Origin: Camelus ferus
Taxonomy: Eukaryota
Assembly (NCBI RefSeq): GCF_009834535.1
Contig: NC_045697.1
Coordinates: forward strand, 25,112,001 to 25,176,000
Reading direction: 5' to 3'
Length of the DNA stretch: 64,000 bases
Shown here: positions 50,105 through 62,384 of the stretch, one piece after another
How positions within the stretch are numbered: position 1 is the first letter of the stretch
Layout: each line of letters begins with the position of its first letter
The notes under the pieces: generated by a model
Databases searched by the model: none
Told to the model about the DNA's origin: nothing
What the model saw: only the letters and a program-made list of their open reading frames with translations
Position numbers and translations under genes: made by a program

Positions 50105-51640
50105 TTTTTTTTTTTCTTTTTTTAAGTAAAGGTTGATTTACTTAGAGAGATACAATGAAAGGCAAGAGAAAAGCCACGAGGTATGGGGGTTGAGTGCTCA
50201 GATTAGAGTAAAAGTAGGTACACACTCCATGGACAGAGTGCTGGCCATCTCTGAAGTGGTAGAGAGAGAGGGCAGCAGCCACGAGGTGCTGTGTTGCCAG
50301 TTTTTATGGGCTTGGTGGCTTCATATGCTAATAACAAGAAGGACCAGTCTAACTAGTTTGGGGAAGGGACTGAGATTCCCAGAAAGTTGGCCATTTCCCA
50401 CTCTTTGACCTTTTGTGGCTAGCCTTGGGATTGTCATGGTGCCTGTGGGCATGTTATTCACCATGTTGATATATTACAATGGGCGAATAATGAAGCTCAA
50501 GGTCTACTAGAAGTTAAATCTCCCACCACCTTGAGCCTCAAGGCCTACTGGGGGTTGAATCTTTCACCATTTTGATGTTAATTGCTGTAGCATTCCTTGA
50601 CTGGCTGTGCCCTGCCCCCTTCCTGTCTCATTCCCCCCTCAGAGATTTTACTTCCATAATCTTATGGGGTTGCAGAGGGGTGAAGGTCCATCTTCTGAAA
50701 CCACTTCCAGGGTGAGTAGGGGTGTTGACCTTGTCTATCAGGGAGTAAAAATCTCTCAATGTCTAATCGAGGGGCCCCAGGGGCAGGACAGCCTTTTGTT
50801 TCTGCATCTGAGGACTGAGGGTATGGGCTGGAATCCTCGCATAGCCATCATCTGCTGTGGGGCTGCTGTAGCCCACTGTTTCCATTGGCTTTTGATGAAT
50901 TTTCTTAAAGATGAAGCACCTTTGTAACAGCACTTTGACAGTCTGTAACAACAAAAAGACTTAAAAGTCATGGTTAAACAACTGCAGTAGATAAAGAGAC
51001 TTGTTTGTAATTACTAGAATTATGATTAATTATATTTAACTTAACATATTTAAAAAAAAATCCAAGTTAACTTGATAGCTAAAATGCCTCAGGTTTCCCT
51101 TTAAAGCATCTCAAAGTTAGCTTGAGCTGTAGAATTTTTAGAATTTGTTAAATACTTAAAATCCTGATTATGTATTAGTATTTTTTTTATGAAACTCTTT
51201 TACTGAAAACATACATACTTTCCCACTGTATATTCAAATACTTATTTTAGGAGCTTTAATTACATATTATAATTTTAACCCTTAAAACCCTTAAATCTCT
51301 GGCAAAAACCAAAAAGCAAGCAACTGTGAATTGGCTGTCATATCACCGTTTCCTGAGTGGAAACTTATGTTTTATTTTTTTTTTTCTCCTAAGGCAAAAA
51401 TAGTTAAACCTAGACCTGCCCGGCAGTTAATGTTATAATATATTTTAAATGACACAGATAGTGAAATTTCTGACTTAGTTTCAAGCTTTAAGTACCAAAA
51501 TTTGAGAGACAATTTTGGGTATTTCCAAAACAAAACTCCTATAGAGTTTACCCAAAATCTCTTATTTTGTTACTTTTTCGAAATTTTTTTTTTTTTTTTT
51601 ACATTGAGTTACTTTTCTTGTTGACAAATTTGTAACAGTT
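50105..51640 (-). mobile_element. MER41-like ERV1 3' portion ending in poly(A): AT-rich internal part, env tail remnant, PPT, U3-R; U5 absent
   Basis: On the minus strand, PPT gaggggggaa (50631-50640) then TGAGACAGG… LTR; AGTAAA at 50137-50142 then A7-G-A11; env-tail-like QMMAMRGFQPIPS (ORF 50756-50971). The 5' boundary is approximate. Confidence 0.75.
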
Positions 51641-51854
51641 TTTTAAGTTTTACTTACCTGGGCTTTAGGGTTAGGGCTTCCTTAGCAGCCACCTCTTTCC
51701 CCCACTTCTCATATAAACCAAGCTCTACCTTTCATATACTGGGGGTGTATTCCATCTTCTGTAAGTTGGAGACCTCCTGTTTGTCTCAGTAAATGTTCCT
51801 ATGCCTGAGCAGTGTTTCTGACTCACATTTGGTGATGGTTTTGCTTATATACTA

Positions 51855-54800
51855 TGTTATACAAAATAATTAAATTGCTTAAAAATTAATTTTTTTTTGA
51901 CGATCAGCCTGTTGCAGGCACAGAATAATATCATGGAGGTTTGAAAGTGAAATGCATTTATTATACTTCTAGGTCCCAGAAGAGGGGTGCATGCCAAGCA
52001 GGGGGTCATATAAGAGGAGTTCCAAGGATGTGGGCTCAACCAAGGAGGTGGGGAGCTGAGAGATAGTGAGGGCCTAGGGGAAAGTGCCTTTGCTGGGGGA
52101 TCAGAGTGGAATGCATAAGTCAGAGGCATGAAGGGACTTCATTAATGTATTTAAATGCCGCTAGGTCACAGTCAGGGGAGGGAAAGAAGGGGAGCTTGTG
52201 GCAGGGACCAGCCTGATCACACAGGTGCACCTGATCACCTGGGCAGGGTGCCCACAGCCTGTCTGTGGGGATGTTGAGGCAACAAGAAAATATAAAGTTT
52301 TTAAAAAGTACAACACGATTGGCCCTGTGCTGTCTCAACATCATTAACAATACTAATTGGGATGGATAACACTTGTCATGTTGGTTGTGGAGATGTTTAA
52401 GGTGAGTGGGACAGCGTGAAAAAGTGGGTCAATTGTGGCAAAAGTAACAGCTAGGAAGAGTCCTATTGGGTGCGTGATGAAGATTTAAAACCCAGTTCTC
52501 AACCAAAGTATGCTACTTTGTGTGTAATTGCCAACAGAATTTGTCCGGTATCTCTGATTTTAAGGAAATCTGCTAGAAAAATCTGGTTATGTTATGAAAG
52601 ATTTTAACCTTTTGGCCTATCTCTCATAACTTTGTACCTGTTCAGTGCTAATAATGAACATGCAGCAGGATGTACCTTGAATGGCACAAACTCCTTTTTT
52701 CCTGGCTAGTAAGTTGTCAAGAGCCAGAATGTCATCTTTTATCCTTTGAGCTGGAGACTTATGGGCTTGTTGCCTAAGGAATAATGTTCCATGTATTCTT
52801 TGAATATGATGTAAAGGGACACTGCAAAGTGTTATTTGACAATTATGACTTGATTTCATTTGATAAAGCATGCTATACTGTTGTCAGTGGTGGTGGCTCC
52901 TGTGACTCTGACAAGTCCTATTAAAATAGGAGTAAATATTCTTCATGTTACTTGGAATGCTTGGGTTGTTGAAAACAGGGAGGTACCTGGTGGATAAAGA
53001 ACTATGGGAATCCCCAGTGTAGCAACTGCATGCTGGGGTACGGCTTCATTAGGGTAACCACGCTGGGGAGTTGGCAAGGAAAAATATAAAAGATGCTGTT
53101 CCTGTGAATTTGGGCCACAGGAAAACCTGAAGTTGTCATTATGCATAACATAAGGTGCCTGAGAGCACGTGGTGTTGTGTGTGACCACGGGGAAAGTCTG
53201 GTTGTAGGGGCTGTGATGGGAAATGCAAGATGCAAGAGATGGTGGTGAAAAGCTGGAAAAGGACAGCAAGAAAAGGTATCAGAAAGTGGGTGTTCCTCTT
53301 CCAGAGAGTCAGGAGGCTGACTGAAATGAAGAAGGTGCCTCCTGGGGAAAGCAATAATCTTCATTAATTTTAGTAACCTCTCCCAGATTTCCCTTTGGGC
53401 ACTATAGTGTAGGAATGAATGTTTTAGCAGAAATAAAAAAAAAAATACCAAGATCACAAGCTAAGCAGACAGTGAACTCAGAAACATAATAAAATTCCTG
53501 ATATCAAAGGAAATGTCCTATGTCCAGTTTGGCCTTAAGGCATTCTGTGGACGTTGCTTGGGCAGAGACCTTAGTGTCCCTGTGAAGGTGTCCCTGGCAC
53601 AGGGAGTGAAGTCTGAGGTGATGTCATCTACAGTGGTGAATTCCCAGATTAGGTAATGCCATCTGGATTGTGGCTTTGGAGCATCCTTTCCAAGAGGGTA
53701 CCCACTAGAGTTGATGTGGGTTCCTGGACTGTAAACCAATGGAAGCACCCACACCGGTAGTAACGTACAGACCAGCAGTCGACAGGTTGGTGTGCAGGTG
53801 TACTTGACATGGTTTTTGTTTTTGTTTTGGTGGAAATATAGGTTCAAATCGATCCCATATCAGATGAGCAGCTGACTGGCCTGTGGGGCAAACTATATAG
53901 TTAATGAGTCCCAGGAGAATATGTGCCCAGGATCAGGGGGGAAGACCTAAGATATGTGAAAATAGGTTAAGGTCTGGTAAAAATACAGAACTTTAGGGTT
54001 TTATTGGTAGTACTGGAATTTGAAGAGGAGTTGTTTGAGGAGAGCAATATGTCTCTTAATTAAACTAGTTATTTTGGACCTACCAGGCAATGGAAGTTCT
54101 AATGAACTTTTCTTTCAAGAGTCTAGCATCAGTCTTTTGAAAAGAGAAAATGTACATTTTGGTCACTACCAGTAATGTCTGTAATTCTGAAGAGAATAAG
54201 GAGTGCCCTGGCAAGGCTTTGCATTACAACCTTAGTATATGTAGAAACATATATGATTTTGATTTATATTTTGGTTAACTGCGGGACAAGAATCTCTCAG
54301 AGTTTTTCATCCTGAAGGAGGCAACTTTTAGGAAGTGGTTTATTACTTTATAATAAATGTTAAGATGGGGCTATTGTTGGCCAAGGCATCTGGAACTCAG
54401 ATGATTGCCTGAAGTTTGGCCAAGTATATTGTTTCCCGGGTCCCATCTTTTATCAAGGACATTCTAGGTAAGGGATGGAAAGCAGTAATATTCCACAGAG
54501 CTTCAGCACGTATGATGGTTAGTCCATCAACTCCCATTGCTGTTCACTCAGTTAATCCCAGGGGTTCCCAGGTAGTCCCAGGTCTGGGGAAGGGGTGACC
54601 TGGGGAACCTGGTAATTGAGGATAGGGGAAAGCATTTTCTCCCTAATGTGGAATATACCAGCGAGCCTGGATTTGGCTCCATTCTGTCTTAAGGAGGCCT
54701 CAGTAGCAGTGCTGAGGTTGTGAAGTGCTGTTTTCATGACCCAAGGATAAGGAGCAACTGGGTTTGGAAGGTCCCAGGCTCAGGGTCTGTGAGAACCTCT

Positions 54801-57800
54801 GTTTCCAGGAGAACCCACTTACTACCCAGTCATTTGTTGCTTGAATGATGTATAACACAAAGCGAAGAGAAGCAATTGATTGCATTTAAAGCCCTGGGGC
54901 AACTAATGGCCACTGTAAGTTATTCAGAGACTCTAGGAGGCATAAGAAGAGGTGGCCAAAGCCTTTACAGTGAAGGGAGTTTCTGATGGCATTAGCAGTG
55001 TGCTTATTGGTTTCAATGTGTAAGTAAAATCTGTAAATGAGGAATATGTCAGTAACCTAAAAGGACTGAAAGATGTTCGACTCATTTGTCATTAATAGGT
55101 ATGTCAAATGAATCTCTTTGAAGGAGGATGTTATCAACGTAATGTCATACCTGTGTTCCTGGAGAAAGGTGGATGTAGTGAAAATCTTGTCTGCAAAGAT
55201 TGTGTGTTATAGCAAAGCCCCTGAGGTGCTCCACCGGTAGAATAGTCTGGAAAAAGTGTATTGTGTCCCTTCAGAGGCGAAAGCAGACTGCAGTTGAGAG
55301 GCTGTTGAGATAGGCACTGAATAGAACATTAGCCAAATCTATATGAGCAAAATATTTACTGGTTATTGATTGAATAGAATCAGTAATTTTAATAATATTA
55401 TGTATTAATATATGAGTGTGGAGGTCTTAATGGATGGGTTCATAGGCCCTCATGGATAGGAATGCAGTTGTATAAATCTATTGTCAAGTTTTATTCTTCC
55501 CAGATTTAAAAGCAGACAAAATTGGGGTGTCAGATAGAGAAGCCATGAGGTTAATCACCCTTTTGTTAATTAGGTTTCATATAAAAATTTTTAATCTTCA
55601 AAGGCTCTATTTTAATTTAGTTTGGGCCATATTAGCTGAGGGGATTGTCCCTGGAGTTCCATTTATCAAGTCAATTTGTAAGTGTCAAAAACTTACTTTA
55701 ATTTTAATTTATTATTCATTGTGTTAGAGCATCTATGCTGAATATGGAATATTTTAGCATACCATAGGTATTATGACCATGAGAAATTTAGGAAAAGCTA
55801 CAGTTAAAGTGAGGCGTACTCGTTTTTCCCCTATTTGTATTTAGTTATTTTTTTTTTTAAGATTATAGGAGGCACTATGTTTAAATTTAGTAGAATCTCC
55901 AGGTATAATTATAATTTGAGCCCTGGTATAAATTAAATCCATAAAGTTTTGTCAATTGATATATTTTAGCTAATGTTAAAATTAGCTGAGAACCTGTGTT
56001 GTACAGGCACAAAGTCTAATTTGTGCCTGTTTTATCTTCTGTTATACAAATTCTTTAGTATATAAATTTTATGTATAAATTTTGGATTTCCAATTGGATC
56101 AAATTATGAAACTGTTTTAATTTTGTTATATAGATAGATATACAACTTATATAGACATATATGATATATTTATTATATATTTTAGTAAAAGATTATATGT
56201 ACACATTATTTTATTACCTTTTATTTTCTCCCCTGTGTCTAGTTTTGTTTTGTTTTTTTTTGATTGAGATACAACAGACACATTCTGTTAGCTTTGGGTA
56301 TGCAATGTAACGATTCTACATTTGTACATATTGTGAAATGATCACCACAATAGCATCCGTTATCACACATAGATACAAATATTTTTTCTTATGATGAGAA
56401 CTTTTAAGATCTACTCTCTCAGCAACTTTCAAATTCAGTCTTACTACGTACAATCACCATGCTATTCATTATGTCCCCGTGACATTTATTTTATAACTGG
56501 AAGTTTGGACCTTTTGACTCCATTCACCCATTTCACCTACCACCCATTCCCTGCCTCTGGCAACCACAAATCTGTTCTTTAGAACTATGAGTTCTTTTTT
56601 TCTTTTTTTTTTAGATCCCATATGTAAGGGCGATCATGCAGTATTTACCTTTCTCTGTGTGACTTATTTAACTTATCATCATGCCCTAGAGGTCTATCCA
56701 ACTTGTCACAAATCACAAGATTTCCTTCTTTTTTAAGACTGAATACTACTCCACTATGTAGATATAGATATAGATATAGATATATACACATTTTATCTAT
56801 CCATTCATCCATTGATGGACACTTACGCTGCTTCCATATCTTGGCTATTGTGAATAATGCTGCAGTGAACAGGGAGGTGCATATATCTTTTTGAGTGTTT
56901 TCACTTCCTTTAGATAAATATCCCAAAATGGAAGTTCTGGATGGTAGTTCTATAGAAGTTTATTATTAAATCAATAAGTAATCTAGGGCTAGCATTATAT
57001 TTGCTAGACTTGGCATTTGCTAAGTACATAAAGTTTGTTTCTTTCCTTTTTTTTTTTTTCTCCTTGTTTTTGGCTTTTAGCTTCCTGAAACCTGAGTCAT
57101 TAGTTTCTGTCTCTGGCTGGTAAGAGGAAAAGTGGGAAAAGGGAAGAGGCCTAGTCAACCTCTTGACCACCTTTCCCTGAATGACCTCTGTCTGCAAGAG
57201 AATGTCTTCCCCCTCCCACCTCCTCCTTTTTTTCTTAAGCAGAATATTTTTAAAATTACTTGAATCTCTCTGTGGTTAAAAGTATTTTCTCTCTTGGATA
57301 TTTGGCCAGGTAGGGCCTCTCTAGGATGTTCCATCAACCTCCAAGGGACTGCAGTCTACATTTAGGAGAACAATAATGGCCTCAATTTTTTCTTTTATTT
57401 ATTTATTTTTGTCTGTAACAATTCAGCTTTAAGGAGATTATTACCATGTCAAATGTAGCAGCACAAATTGACTGGGAGATCTGTAATCACAAATGAGCTG
57501 AGAAATCCCCCTCTTGGAGGAGGGGTATTCAAATATTAATTCTTTCCCATTTCTTTTCTTTTTTCCATTGAGCCACCCATCTTGATGGATGGAATCCATG
57601 ATATCGCTTGGGTTTGCAGGAGGAAGAACGATGGCAAGGGCTGCAGCTACTGACCCTTAGTAGGCAGCATGGAGGCAAGAGACAGGGAGACTGACACTGT
57701 GAGGGAGGACAGCCAATTGTCTGTTTCCCCCAAGTGCTGTTCAACGGACATATTAAATGATGCAGGCCTGTAACCTATTCATATTGCAGCCCACTGGTGC

Positions 57801-58400
57801 TCTTAGCTGACTAGGATGGCTCTCAGCAATAAGCACTCAGAGAGACTCCAAGATAAAGGAACTCCTTTATTGACATGGGTCCTTCCTCAAATCACAGTCA
57901 CTCAAAGAAACACTAAAAATAACTAATTCACAAGGCCAATGACTCAAGATCCCAGAAGCAATAGTATAATTTTAAATGAGTAATAGTATAAATTCTTAAA
58001 TCTCCTACTTAATGAGATCATGGCTGGAAGCAATATCCTGAGGCACGTTATTGGAATTAGGATTCTAAGAGTACACACTTAGGATGGAGAGTTCTGGCAT
58101 CACTTGGAAGAGGTAACACAAAGCCATGCAAAGCAGCATACAAGGACTCCAGCAGGACAGAGAGCCTTCCCAAATGGTGTGTGTGTGATAGTGAGAGAGA
58201 GAGGGAGAGGGAGAGAGGGAGGGAGGACCATTGGCAAGTGTCTTTATTGGGGAGCAGGATGGAGTACAGGAGCAAAAGGCATAAGTGGGGGTTTATTGGT
58301 GCATTTGAATGTCATTAGGTCACAGTCAGGGTTGGTCAAGAAGAGGAACTCATAGTTCAGATCAGGCTTATCACCCTGGTGCACCTCTGGTCTCCAGCCT
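51855..58400 (-). mobile_element. Ancient class III (ERVL-like pol) provirus with env; LTRs resemble the MER74/MER88/LTR53 group
   Basis: 3' LTR 51855-52315 with tgttata…tacaaca termini; env TM LALDNLLARKKGVCAIQGTSCC; integrase SDQNVHF ~54150; RT KYFAHIDLAN and HYVDNILL (55121-55144); protease FMDLIYTRAQIIIIPGD ~55890-55950; related LTR block at ~58295-58395. Confidence 0.85.
56245..56955 (-). mobile_element. 5'-truncated LINE-1 (L1MA9-like 3' end) inserted in the provirus
   Basis: Poly-T followed by 'gattgagatacaac…gtgaaatgatcaccacaatag…gagaacttttaagatctactctctcagcaactttc'; ORF 56645-56926 is the L1 ORF2 C-terminus (CTSLFTAALFTIAKIWKQRKCPS). Confidence 0.92.
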
Positions 58401-58449
58401 TGTGTTTTTCTTGTGAGTAGCCTGTAGAGGCACTAAGTTAAGAAGTGTT

Positions 58450-59420
58450 GAGTGAGAGTGGACTTCCCTTGTGCCTGCAGCTCTTAGGAATTCTAAATTC
58501 TAATTGTAAGATGGAGAAAAACACAGTCACTCTTTAGGTATTTTAAAAAGTGTTTTAACTGTTTTTATCTTTTATGTCATGTCAGTGTCTTCCAATACTC
58601 TCCCCAATTGAACCAGTTCATCTGTCCCATCTCTTCTCTAAGAGCCCTGTCACCATTTGTAATTTAGTTTACCTAGCTGTCCTACAAACTCAGCCCCACT
58701 GAAGAGCTCCAGTAAAGTTATGATTTTATAGATTATCAAAAAAATTTTGTCTTTAGATTAGGGACAATGTTTTCTTGAAACTTTCTACATCCTAATCAAA
58801 ACAAATTTCTCAGTGGTTTGTTTTAATCTTTGTTAAATTAGATCCAGTGTACTCATTAAAGGGTGAAGTCCTCCACTGTTAGTACATGGCCTTTCTGAGA
58901 TCCAAACTGAATGCAAGAGTTGTCATTGATGCACCTCTGTGCTGACTGACTCTTTGGAAATCGAACTGCTTCCAACATTTTGAAACTTCTGTAGTATCTA
59001 TTCAGCTCAGCTCCCCTATACTTTTCATTCACAACCTATGGTCTTGTCCTATGCATGCACAGATTATTATTTAGACAGTTCAAAAAACCCCTATTCATAT
59101 TTAAGGACTTCTTCCTCTCTAGTACCCTCTCTAGTACCTCTCTAGTAAAAATTTTTAACAGCCTCTGTATCCCCAACTCTTACCTCCATGGTGACCATCA
59201 TGATATTTTTGGACTGCTCCTTCCTACATTACAGTCTGGAAAGTGACAATAAGAGGAAAGCTGAACAATTGTATGTTTTATTTAATATTTTTCCCTCCCC
59301 ACAGAATTCACATTTCTGTGTTACCCACTGTCCAGTATCTAAAAATATTTGCTTTGTATATTTTGTTCAGCTTTCTGTTTATGGGTGTAGGGTACTCTAA
59401 AGTGATGAATGGTCTGTTAT
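58450..59420 (-). mobile_element. Probable old L1 (ORF1/5' region) remnant
   Basis: General resemblance to antisense old L1 5' sequence; weak. Confidence 0.4.
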
Positions 59421-60354
59421 GATCTTAACATGACATTGATCTTTGTTAATTTTAATGATAATATTATGAAGAACTTCAGCAATTAAACAGAATCTGACAC
59501 AGATATAGATGTTACACAGGTCATTTCTGTAATTTTTTGCCACTATAAAACCTATTTTTAAATGAAATAAATATGCCTCACATTGAAAGTGAGGACTAAG
59601 ACCCTTTCAATCTATCCAGTGTTTTCTCATATCCATGTATTATGGACAACATGTTAAAACAAAACAACAACAAAAACAGGAAGTTACCATAGAAACCAAT
59701 TTCTTACCATAGAATCCAAGAATTTAGATCTCAATGGAACTTAGTGATAATGTGGCAAAACTCTTAATTTTATGGAAATTAAAACTTAAAAAAAAAATTA
59801 AGTCCATAACAGGAAATTACTAATGGCTTTTGTTATCAGATCCAGGATTTAGCTTAATGGAATTTAGGTGTAGATCCTATTTTCCCATTCTAAGCCCAAA
59901 ATATAAAGTATCATTTTAAATAAGTAAAAATGAGAAAAACTAAAATATTTAAGTGAAGAATTAAAAAAATCTATTTTTGGATTCAAATTCCTTTAATTTG
60001 TTCTTACAGAATGAATTTTTAAAAATACTTAACTGAATAAATATTTGGTAAGCATATCTGTATTTTTATCACAGCTTATTTGAGAGTGTAAAGGATATTA
60101 TAGCTCAAATTATTATAGTCATGCATAATGTTAACTTCAACATTATGTCACAAATTACTTAAATGTGACTTTTAGGAGTTTAAGTCAACATTTCAAGGAA
60201 AAAACATTTAATTTTTCGTGAAACAACTTTATAATTAATTGGATAAGTGACAGATTGTTCAGTTAAAAGAACTCAGGACTGGGAAGATGGAGTGAATTCC
60301 TTTACAGTCTCTACAACTATGTACATGATTATTAGCTAACTCTGAAACCCTCCC

Positions 60355-60465
60355 CATTCATTCCACAAATATTTATTGAGCTCTTAACTGTATGCATGGC
60401 TCTGGATCCACAGAATGAGAGAAAATGCCCTCATGAGACTTATACTCTAACCAGAAAACAGACAA
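60355..60465 (-). mobile_element. L2 3' tail
   Basis: 'cattcattccacaaatatttattgagc…gccctcatgagacttatactcta'. Confidence 0.75.
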
Positions 60466-60722
60466 TTTGATAGTTTTTTATACCAACTTGTTCAGAACAT
60501 GTATGTATGTGTGTGTGTGTATATATATATATATAAATGTGTTTATATATTAACGCTTCAAAATTAACACTTCATATGGGAAAATAAAACTGTATATAGA
60601 CCAAAGATGACCCCTTGATAAAATTTAAGCTGCAACTTGAAAAATATTATTGAGTGATCCTTAGAAAGATATGATACCCTTATAAAAAAAGAATGATCCT
60701 AGGAAAGAAGAAAGCATGTTCC

Positions 60723-60760
60723 AAGAAAGGAAGGAAGGAAGGGAGGAAGGAAGGAAAAGA
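60723..60760. repeat. (GGAA)n simple repeat
   Basis: Imperfect GGAA run. Confidence 0.85.
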
Positions 60761-62384
60761 CAGAAAGAAGAGAATGAATGAAGCCCAGGAGAGGAAGAGA
60801 AAAGTTTGGTTTGTTTTTTGTTCGTTTGTTTGTTTGTTTTTTGATAAAAGATTATCTACTATATATATGCCAGGCAGTATATCAGGCTGTGGAAGTTGTA
60901 AAGGTATATAGTGAACAAAAAGTCATATTTTAGGTAACACTAATGAAAGCTGAAATGGAAACCAAATCATCTTGATATATACCAAAGAACTCAACACCCT
61001 CATCTTCTCATCATGTGTAAATCAACCAAGACATTGATATGAATATAAGGAGCCTTCTATACATTGAGCCTAAGAAGAGCTTGGTCGAGTCTCCATTCCA
61101 ATCCAGATCACTCCAGGTGAGTGATTGTGGAAAGGTGAGGCTCTTCTTTAAGAGCTGAAGTCTAAGTTGAAGAAAGGGATAGAGAATTAGTAAATTTTCC
61201 CTTTAAAAAAATAAGTCTTCTTAGAGCAAACATTCCAAAAAAAGTAAGTGCTGTTCAGTACATCAGGTGAATGTTAATCTTTCTCCGAGAGATGGTTTTA
61301 TTCTGTGTGTGCCAGGAAATCAGTATTTGAAACCTCTAATAAAGAGTTTGTAAACTGTGTACCAGGTTGATGGTGCCTTGGGAATCCTCTTGAGAGAGAG
61401 CGAACTGTAATTCCTGAGGGTATTCCAATGTTTTGTTGTTTACATGACATTTCTTGCCAAAATTTACACAATGTTTTTATTCATGACAAATCAGCCTGTG
61501 GAGATATTAATATAAAATTTTATCTGACAGTTGTAGGCTAATCAGTTGAAGAGCAGCAGTGTTGTTATACGTACTAAGAACAAGGCATAATTTGCCTTAG
61601 GAATTTTTCAAGAAAAATATTCCATGTGATACTAAAATTCTATCATTATTATTAATAATATAGATCTTCTTGACAAGTGTCTTTTTTAACAAGGGTAATA
61701 TGTTACTAACCATTTTTACCATCAACAGCATTTTCCTAGGATTGCATACATTCAATTTGACTATATAATCTAATTCTTACAAGTCTTCTTCGTATATTAC
61801 TCTCTGAATAACAGAATGATTAGCCAAGTGTTCTTAATGAATGATTTCCTAGTGTTCTGCAAATTATATAGAATCCATGATTGTAAGTTTTGAAAGACTA
61901 TTGTGCATAGATACGTGATTACATATATAAAATTCAGAAACTCCCCTATTTGACTTTGAAATGTGATCCTTTATTTGAGAAATGAAAGTATGAGTGTAAT
62001 AGAGAAGAAAAAGATTTATATAGCTGGCTCAGAATATCCTTTTCCCACTAGTCTTCAACTTAGAATCATAAACTTTTTAAAATGGCCGTGTTTACTTACT
62101 ACAGTGTTTTCGTCAACATCGTTTCCTAGTCATAACACTCAGGTTTCCAAATCGTACAGAACTTTATACTTCAGTTAAAAAAAAAAAGTGAGAAAACCAT
62201 TTCCTGACTCTCTTCGTTTGGTGTCTCCCCATTGGTAAATTTATGAGATCATCCTCCCTGGTAACCAAAGAATGATATAATATCAAACACAAATACTTTG
62301 GCTACTTGAATGCTAATGAAATTAAATGCAACAGATGATTTTATACACTAAATAAGGGTAGTCTGAAGTATCGCATGAGACTTT

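Noticed and set aside
52617..53457. Co-opted syncytin-like env
   Set aside because: Env is fragmented across frames with stops, including at the cleavage site.
61039..61102. Plus-strand ATG…cag|gtgagt mini exon
   Set aside because: Isolated short frame with no promoter features or partner exon visible.
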